Notes under the pieces: model-generated
The model's database searches: none
What the model was told of the DNA's origin: nothing
Seen by the model: the letters and a program-made list of their open reading frames with translations, nothing else
From: a virus
Strand: one strand, 5' to 3'
Length of the DNA: 64,000 nt
Virus record (IMG/VR): IMGVR_UViG_3300009408_000002
Location: 1-64,000 of that record
Made by a program: the position numbers and the translations under genes
Part shown: piece after piece, positions 57,464-64,000 of the stretch
Position numbering within the stretch: the stretch's first letter is position 1
Layout: every line of letters begins with the position of its first letter

Positions 57464-59340
57464 GACAATCGTTGACTGACAAAAGCCTGCTCAAGTCCCT
57501 CAAGGCTGCATATATCGTCTGCAACAAGATCCGCCCTGACGCATTCAAATCTTGCCCCACGCATGAACACGGTTCCCTCCCCACTTCTCGATAGCGTCTC
57601 GAATGCTACATCGATGACAATGCAGGGCTTGATTGCAAACCCGGATCTCTTTCCGCCAGACGAGTCACGTTGAATTCGTGGACCCATGATCAGCCCGTCC
57701 CCAGTGACCTGTTGCATCAGGGCCATAGTAGACTCACGGTCAGGGGCGCTAATCACGCACACTTCGCGCATCCTGCTGCTCCCGCACACAGATAGACCCA
57801 GAGCACCGATAGAAGATCGATCAGACTCTGACGACCAATAGGCCGATGTGAGACACAGGCTCACTGTCGATTCCCGCTTCTTCTTCAGCCAGTCATTTGA
57901 TGCTCGATCCATGAGGTACTTGGCCTTAAGATCCTTGACGATCAGCCCCTCGTAACCCTGATCGACAAAGCCTGAGTAGACAGAGTTCAGGTCCACTCCA
58001 CTGACAACCGACTGTCCCTTAGCAATCTCGATTCCTTCTGGCAACGCAAGTGACTTTAGCATTGCTCGCCTTCCGACAAGCTTGACGCCAGTGAAGTCTC
58101 GACCATTGAGATACAGAAGATCGAACACCGAGTAGATTAGCCTTACGCGATCATCCCCCGTCCTAATCTTTCTATATACCTCGTGGACCTTGGCATTCCT
58201 GAAGCCATCATCATCAGCGATCACTCCATGAAGTTCGCCATCAAGGATCGCAGACCCTACAGTCCGACCCAGCTTCCTGATTCGACTAGCAAGCCAGGGA
58301 ATCGCAGTTGTCCAGTTGTTCTTCTTGCGGGTGAACAGTCCAACCAGGACATTCCCATCTGCGTCCGTCTTGATGTGTGAATGAATTCGAATGCCGTCGT
58401 ATTTGCATTCAACCCATACAGGGAACTTCTTCTTGAGCACGCCAACTGGTTTCGGTGCGCACAGCATTGGCCTAACAGGACACAGGGGCCTGAGCGTGAT
58501 TCTCTTGAGCCCATCCCCGCCATGATTCTCAATGATTACTCCAAGATCAATCGGATCAACCAGCCTTGTTGCATCGATGATCTTTCGGACATCACACGAA
58601 TACCGCTTGGCAGCATTGAGCCAGACAGACGAGAGGATCTTCTTGGAGAACCGAGACCGGTTACCAGAAATCAGCTTGTAGATGTAATGCCGCTCCAGCC
58701 TCCCCGCTTGGCGCATCAGATCAAAGACAACTCGCTCCCTGTTCTTGAGAGAAATGTCCTGCAGTCCTCTCATCGAAGATAGCACCTCGCATGATGTGAG
58801 CGCAGGCTTGGAACGAATCCTACTTGTCGAGATCGTAAACAGCCGACCCAGGCCAGACGCACCAGCAACACTATCCAGCACCTCATCCTTGGTGCAGAAG
58901 TTCAGTCGGCAAAGCACATTGACCAATGTATCGAAGCCAAGCCCGCTGCCCTTGTTCTCCCCGAACGGGTCTCCAATCAAGACCCCAATCTTCTCTGCCA
59001 GCGTCAAGCCAACGTCAGCTTTCACGAGCTCCCCGATCGCCTGATCCGCTGGAGGAAGATCCTCGATCCTGAAGCCAAACGAGTGGGCCATCTCTGCTGG
59101 TCGGTAGCCAGATAGCGGAAGCAGCGCCCCTCTGCACAATGAATGAAATGGGATGCTGTCTAGCGATCGGCCCTCCTTGACAGATACGTCAGCAGCCAGG
59201 CTCAGTGCGGGACCAAGCCCGATGATGTCACACGCATCTCGATGCGATATGCCGAGAGTCTCCTTCATGCGCTTGAAAGACTCGACTGCCCCTCCGCCGA
59301 GGACCCATTTACGGAATTGCTTTTCCTTGATGATGTTCAC
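57460..59340 (-). CDS. ATP-dependent DNA ligase with N-terminal DNA-binding region
   Basis: PML, ECKYDGIR, ILDGEL, VFDLLYLNG, YEGLIVKD, WLKKK and OB-fold tail. Confidence 0.9.
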   Translation of the reverse strand: MNIIKEKQFRKWVLGGGAVESFKRMKETLGISHRDACDIIGLGPALSLAADVSVKEGRSLDSIPFHSLCRGALLPLSGYRPAEMAHSFGFRIEDLPPADQAIGELVKADVGLTLAEKIGVLIGDPFGENKGSGLGFDTLVNVLCRLNFCTKDEVLDSVAGASGLGRLFTISTSRIRSKPALTSCEVLSSMRGLQDISLKNRERVVFDLMRQAGRLERHYIYKLISGNRSRFSKKILSSVWLNAAKRYSCDVRKIIDATRLVDPIDLGVIIENHGGDGLKRITLRPLCPVRPMLCAPKPVGVLKKKFPVWVECKYDGIRIHSHIKTDADGNVLVGLFTRKKNNWTTAIPWLASRIRKLGRTVGSAILDGELHGVIADDDGFRNAKVHEVYRKIRTGDDRVRLIYSVFDLLYLNGRDFTGVKLVGRRAMLKSLALPEGIEIAKGQSVVSGVDLNSVYSGFVDQGYEGLIVKDLKAKYLMDRASNDWLKKKRESTVSLCLTSAYWSSESDRSSIGALGLSVCGSSRMREVCVISAPDRESTMALMQQVTGDGLIMGPRIQRDSSGGKRSGFAIKPCIVIDVAFETLSRSGEGTVFMRGARFECVRADLVADDICSLEGLEQAFVSQRLS

Positions 59341-60365
59341 TTCTTGGCCCTCACGACCCTCTTCTTCGACTTCTTCTTTGCCGGAGGCACGGGGTAGGAC
59401 ATCTCCGGGTGATCGGGATGAAGCTGCAAGACGCCAGCGTCAGCGCTCTGGACAAGTCGCAACTGGTATCCGAGCGTTGGAGTCGAGACCGACTTGACGC
59501 ACCGAAGGGTCAGGATCTTCTCGCGGTATTCCCCGCCCCACTCAAGAGCCATATCCTTGGTCGAGAGAGACATCCACTCTGCGAGGAACACGACATCAGC
59601 CGTGTGCATCAGGCACTCGCCGCCAGCCGGTGAACCGGTATCCCGGATCTGACCAACTGTCAGACATGTCACCCCAGCATCATGGTTGTACGTCTTCAGG
59701 ACAGCCAAGTTGTCAGCAGTCCGAGTCTTCGACGGATCAAGGGCGTTCAGGGAATCGACCACCACAAACTGAATGCCTTCTTCCTCAACCAAGTATCGAT
59801 AGTGAGTGACGAAATCAGCCCACGTCTTGCCCCGATGATACTGGCTCAGCAAGACCCAGATGTTGGGAGCGATCTTGTCCTTGAACTGCTTGAGCGTGAC
59901 GCCCTCGGTTTGCATGATGATCTTCGTCATGCGGCTCGCCAGGTCATCGCGACCCGAACCAACCGGATCACGGAAGCCCTCTTCTGCCACAACATATGCG
60001 ACCTTCTTGCCAGCAGAGGCGATCCTTCCGATTGCTGCAATTGCTGTCCTCGACTTCCCCTTTCCCGGAGGACCACAGAATGCAATCGTGGTCCCAGCAG
60101 GAACGCCACCAATCCTGTGTTGTCCGTCTTGCAAGAGACACAACAGGTCAAGTGCAGTGCCCGTCTCGATCGCCTGTTGTTCTTTGATGATGTCCTTGAT
60201 ATCGGCTGGACGAATGATATCGGCCTTGAGGCCGGCATCTTCATCCCCGCCCCCATCTGGATCTTGAGCAAATGGGTCAGAAGCCGGATCGAGATTTCCG
60301 ATCTGACTCATCATCATCTGCATCATCTGCATCATCTGGTCGCCATCGACTTTCTTTTTTGCCAT
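59337..60365 (-). CDS. KaiC/RecA-superfamily ATPase
   Basis: TGT.LD..GGVP.G, GPPGKGKS, YV.AEE, VVVDSL, H.ADV. Confidence 0.85.
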   Translation of the reverse strand: MAKKKVDGDQMMQMMQMMMSQIGNLDPASDPFAQDPDGGGDEDAGLKADIIRPADIKDIIKEQQAIETGTALDLLCLLQDGQHRIGGVPAGTTIAFCGPPGKGKSRTAIAAIGRIASAGKKVAYVVAEEGFRDPVGSGRDDLASRMTKIIMQTEGVTLKQFKDKIAPNIWVLLSQYHRGKTWADFVTHYRYLVEEEGIQFVVVDSLNALDPSKTRTADNLAVLKTYNHDAGVTCLTVGQIRDTGSPAGGECLMHTADVVFLAEWMSLSTKDMALEWGGEYREKILTLRCVKSVSTPTLGYQLRLVQSADAGVLQLHPDHPEMSYPVPPAKKKSKKRVVRAKK

Positions 60366-60517
60366 TATCGGACTCTCCTCATTTGATCTCCGTTTGGATC
60401 AAGCGCTTCTTTGATGTCATATATTTCCACTCTGTCAGGATCCAATGATAAGGTGACCCGACACCTACTTATGCTGTCAGAACTCCTTCGCAGCAGATGA
60501 CCCGTATGTGACCACTC

Positions 60518-60715
60518 TCATTTCCCGCCTCCAAGACTCTGATCGTGAGTTGTATTCGATTGGTACTCGGGCTTCTTTTTGCCGGAGACCTTCTTGCCTA
60601 GCGCCTTCTCCAGGAACTTCATGCCAGCATCACACGACTTGCCCTTGAAGCCGATTGCTTCGGCCTCAACGCTTCCGTCCTGAAGTATCTTTATCTCGAT
60701 CTGCTTGCGTGCCAT
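60518..60715 (-). CDS. DUF2997-like protein
   Basis: IEIKI..DG.VE.EA.GFKG.SC....LEKALG......KPEY. Confidence 0.8.
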   Translation of the reverse strand: MARKQIEIKILQDGSVEAEAIGFKGKSCDAGMKFLEKALGKKVSGKKKPEYQSNTTHDQSLGGGK

Positions 60716-61129
60716 CTACCATTTCTCCAGCGTGAGTTGGACTACATCGTTGACCACATTCTCGGACTTCACCTTGTAGCCCGCTTTCTGTGCGCACTTC
60801 ACCGCACGATGTCTTGCGTACCTTTGCCTCAGCTTGTCGAGCCAACTATCGTTGTGTTTCCGCCGGTCGTAGTTGGAGATCACGGCCCGATACTCTCCAT
60901 CAACAAGCTTGAAGCCAAGATCATTACTGACGCCTCCAACGAATCGCCTCTCGACAGAAATGTCAGCAGTCATGAGATTATCGTTTGCATCCTTGCGAGG
61001 ACGACCGTTGTATCCGATGAGCACCCGGCCATTCTCTCTAAGCACAGTTCCATACCCCACATCAGCAAGTGCTGCGCACAGTGCATCAGGATCAGAGAAC
61101 GCTGTCTTGTAGACTGCATACTGACTCAT
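60716..61129 (-). CDS. DUF1257 (Ycf35-like) protein
   Basis: MS.Y....T...D...L..AL.D.G, NDLGF...DG.Y, L.Q.YA. Confidence 0.8.
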   Translation of the reverse strand: MSQYAVYKTAFSDPDALCAALADVGYGTVLRENGRVLIGYNGRPRKDANDNLMTADISVERRFVGGVSNDLGFKLVDGEYRAVISNYDRRKHNDSWLDKLRQRYARHRAVKCAQKAGYKVKSENVVNDVVQLTLEKW

Positions 61130-61404
61130 TGATTCCTCCCGCTGACCAGCCGATCAACAGACCCAGGTTCGTGTTTCATGCGAGCCTCAAGAAGCTCAAC
61201 CTCGAATGCAAGAGCTTCCGATCTGAACTTGAATCCGCCCCACTCCTCTCCTGTCTGGATCACCTTCACACACCAGGCTTGATCCTGATTGTCCCATTCG
61301 ACATGGGACGCTCTCCGCATTCGAGCCCTGCAATCGAAGGCTTCATGCATCACCTCATTATGCAGACACTCGACAGTCCCATCAGGCAAGACGTTGACTA
61401 GCAT
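61126..61404 (-). CDS. conserved hypothetical protein
   Basis: PDGTV.CL..E...RRASHVE...W...F..RSEAL..E. Confidence 0.6.
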   Translation of the reverse strand: MLVNVLPDGTVECLHNEVMHEAFDCRARMRRASHVEWDNQDQAWCVKVIQTGEEWGGFKFRSEALAFEVELLEARMKHEPGSVDRLVSGRNQ

Positions 61405-61841
61405 CAGTTTGTCTCCGCAGAAGTCTTCCTCATTTCGCAGATCGCTTCCTTGACACAGAAGGTCATGTATACTCCGATTGCTTCGTGGTTTATCCTCAGA
61501 CACAGATCGCACACACGAGAGACTGCAAGGTAGAACTTGCCCGCAGAGTTCCATGGTGGACACTGGATAAATAGATATTTCATCACAAGCTCAGGATGTT
61601 TCGATGCGATGATACGAGGCACATAAGCATCACACATGAGGCACGAGTCCATTGCGCCACCAATAATTGCAATGGGCTTCATGCCAACGACATGATAGAT
61701 CTGCTCCATGTTCATGGTCGGGTGAAGACCATTCGCTGACGAAAGCACAAGACACCCATGAACACGATCCTTGCCCAGGTCATTCAGGTCGCCACACATC
61801 GAATAACTGACAGACATGCTGTTCTCCTTGACTAGATGCAC
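61404..61841 (-). CDS. hypothetical protein
   Basis: ORF in the minus-strand operon. Confidence 0.4.
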   Translation of the reverse strand: MHLVKENSMSVSYSMCGDLNDLGKDRVHGCLVLSSANGLHPTMNMEQIYHVVGMKPIAIIGGAMDSCLMCDAYVPRIIASKHPELVMKYLFIQCPPWNSAGKFYLAVSRVCDLCLRINHEAIGVYMTFCVKEAICEMRKTSAETN

Positions 61842-62140
61842 GCAGAGCCCCAGGCCCAGACCGTCTTGATGCCGAGTCGCTTTGGCTCTCTCTTTAGCTT
61901 GTATCCATTGCCACCATAAGAGGGCCAGATGTTGAACAGGTAGGCGGCTTCACAACCGAACTTCCCTACGTAGTTATAGGCATCATCAACAACAACCTCC
62001 GCCCCAAGCCTCTCGCATAGTTCGAATCCGTACCACTTCATGAGATCAAGACTCTTCTCGACTACGATGACTCGATCAACTGATCGTTTCTTCGTGACTT
62101 GATGCAGCAGCCGTCGTCGAACAACAGGGGCGGATTCCAT
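61832..62140 (-). CDS. hypothetical protein
   Basis: ORF in the minus-strand operon. Confidence 0.4.
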   Translation of the reverse strand: MESAPVVRRRLLHQVTKKRSVDRVIVVEKSLDLMKWYGFELCERLGAEVVVDDAYNYVGKFGCEAAYLFNIWPSYGGNGYKLKREPKRLGIKTVWAWGSACI

Positions 62141-62313
62141 GTCGATGCGTCGATCTTCATCCAGTTGTCGAAGGGAAGATCATCACGCCAAGCCACAGCG
62201 GGTCGCCGCTCCATGATATTTTTCGAGAGGCTCCTAACGAAACTGATCATTTGTTCCACGGCTCGACAAGTTCCCGATAACCAACAAGCATAATGACATC
62301 AGTCCACTCCGTC

Positions 62314-63912
62314 TCATCGCACCCTCCGCCTGCCCATCTTCCCGTTCACCCGTTTCGATCCTTCCGGGATGCTGGCCCGCTTGGCACGATTCTCACCCCA
62401 CTCCCTCAGCACCTCAATCCTGTCGCCCATTGTCTTGCTCAGCGGGACGATCTCCTTGAAGCCCCGTTCAAGAAACTTCTGCCCAAGCTCCTTGCCCTCA
62501 TCGAAGGCGAAGAACATGCCCTGGGTGATCGCTTCCTGAATGTCCCCGCCAGTGAATCCCTCAGAAAGATCCGACAGTTTGCCAAGATTGAAACGTCCGG
62601 GATCTCTGAACTTCTCGATGTGAATGCGGCAGATCTCCTTGCGCTCAGCCGCATTCGGCAGATCGATAAAGAAGATCTCATCGAAGCGACCGCCCTTTCT
62701 CAGCAACTCAGGCGGCAGACAGGAGATATCGTTTGCCGTGGCGATGACGAAGACCGGCTTCTTGCGTTCTTGCATCCAGGTCAAGAACGTCCCGAAGACG
62801 CGCCTGCTTGTTCCGCCGTCATGATCCCCGCCCCCGCCGACGCCAGCAAACCCCTTATCGATCTCATCCAAGAACAGGATGCATGGCGCAACAGCTTCAG
62901 CGGTCTCGATGACGGTCCTCATGTTGCGTTCCGACTCGCCAACCAACGAACCGAACACCGCCCCCACATCACACCGGATAAGAGGCAGCCCCCACAACGA
63001 GGCAGCAGCCTTGGCCGAAAGACTCTTGCCACAACCAGGAACACCCAGCATCAAGATCCCTCTCGGAGCGGGCAGCCCGAACTCACGTGCCTCTGGCATG
63101 AAAGCCTTCTGCCTGATCTTGAGCCACTTCTTGAATAGCTCCAGCCCGCCAACGTCTTCCATGGTTTCCTGCGGCTCCATCAACTCCAGGAGACCAGACT
63201 TCTTGATAGCCTGCGCCTTGTGTCGCGTTATGACTTGTGTGTCGAGCTTGCCCTCCTCGACCAGGCTCAGGGCCAGGACGTTCTCCGTCTCGAAAGAAGT
63301 CAGCCCTGATGCCGCATCAAGGATGTGCTCCTTCTCGTCTTCGTCCTCACTGATCTCGTTAGACTTGCAGAACTCATCGAGGATCTGACCCAGGCATTCA
63401 CGATCTGGGAGCGAGTAGTCAATGACCACGACCTCCTTCTCGATCTCATGAGGGAGCTTGAGCACCGGAGAGATGAACACCATCATGCCGCCGATCATCT
63501 TGAGAACGGCAATCGTGTCCCTTGTCTGACGCACGAGTTCAGGATCGTCCCAGTAGGGATGCATGTCGTTGAAGACGAATAGCAGATTGCCAGACTCGCC
63601 CTCTCCATTCGGCTGCATCGAGCATGCCTTCTCGACCGCATCAATCGGGCTGACAGATCCGTCAACCGCTGTTGGCTCTGGCCAAGCCTGCTGTAGTCCG
63701 CGAGTGATTGACCACTCGATGAGACCCCCGCATTCCAGCCCATCACCTGGGATCTCATCGCCGGGCTTGAGTCCATTGATCTTTCGAACAGCAGAGATCA
63801 GGTCATGCTTGGCTCGCTGTTCCTCATGGGTGACGAGCATGAGGGCCGGGAAGCTGGCGTTGTAGTGGTTGACGATCTGCTTGCAGAAGCTAGGCATCGT
63901 AATCTGCTCCAC
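62314..63912 (-). CDS. Ycf46-like AAA+ ATPase
   Basis: T.EE.R N-domain, [61 protein letters not shown]. Confidence 0.9.
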   Translation of the reverse strand: MEQITMPSFCKQIVNHYNASFPALMLVTHEEQRAKHDLISAVRKINGLKPGDEIPGDGLECGGLIEWSITRGLQQAWPEPTAVDGSVSPIDAVEKACSMQPNGEGESGNLLFVFNDMHPYWDDPELVRQTRDTIAVLKMIGGMMVFISPVLKLPHEIEKEVVVIDYSLPDRECLGQILDEFCKSNEISEDEDEKEHILDAASGLTSFETENVLALSLVEEGKLDTQVITRHKAQAIKKSGLLELMEPQETMEDVGGLELFKKWLKIRQKAFMPEAREFGLPAPRGILMLGVPGCGKSLSAKAAASLWGLPLIRCDVGAVFGSLVGESERNMRTVIETAEAVAPCILFLDEIDKGFAGVGGGGDHDGGTSRRVFGTFLTWMQERKKPVFVIATANDISCLPPELLRKGGRFDEIFFIDLPNAAERKEICRIHIEKFRDPGRFNLGKLSDLSEGFTGGDIQEAITQGMFFAFDEGKELGQKFLERGFKEIVPLSKTMGDRIEVLREWGENRAKRASIPEGSKRVNGKMGRRRVR

Positions 63913-64000
63913 AGCGAGGACATTCGTCTAGGTCCCTTGCTAGCTCTGCCCCATGTTCTTCGCAGTATGAGCATGATTCGTTCTGCTTCTTTTGCCTGTC

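Noticed and set aside
60309-60338. CATCATCTG repeats
   Set aside because: They simply encode QMMQMMQMMM at the N-terminus of the KaiC-like ATPase
59337-60365. Circadian clock KaiC
   Set aside because: Single ATPase domain with no kaiA/kaiB; only superfamily-level similarity
1-64000. CRISPR array, tRNA/rRNA genes, integrase, transposase, reverse transcriptase/DGR
   Set aside because: No repeat-spacer periodicity, cloverleaf or catalytic motifs recognised by eye; a tRNAscan/HMM run would be needed to exclude them fully
1-64000. Stop-codon reassignment
   Set aside because: Long genes are intact in code 11, and TAA, TAG and TGA all end genes at tight junctions

Overview
The whole window reads as part of a tailed dsDNA phage or prophage genome (Caudoviricetes, probably siphovirus-like, since no tail sheath gene was seen). 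It uses the standard genetic code and is densely coding. Plus strand: small accessory and nuclease genes (0.1-10 kb; ERCC4, RusA, GT2), terminase (10-11.8 kb), a Mu-like head module (12-23 kb), neck/fibre and tail genes (23-42 kb), YqaJ-RecT and a primase-helicase followed by a likely origin (42.4-47.7 kb), and a glycosyltransferase/methyltransferase/MazG/thermonuclease cluster (49.7-54.4 kb). Minus strand (54.5-64 kb): SNF2 helicase, HTH, a second ATP-dependent DNA ligase, a KaiC/RecA-like ATPase and a Ycf46-like AAA/DUF1257/DUF2997 set. The standout feature lies in the head module. Between the portal-MuF fusion and the capsid gene are two polyproteins carrying an apparent nucleic-acid end-repair kit: two Pol-beta-type nucleotidyltransferases, a HiPIP-like Fe-S motif, an ATP-dependent ligase, and two LigD-phosphoesterase-like domains fused to the prohead protease/scaffold. 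Recurring F-[S/A]-x motifs at the domain junctions suggest enzymes packaged in the virion and released by the protease. All calls come from reading motifs by eye; no database search was run.
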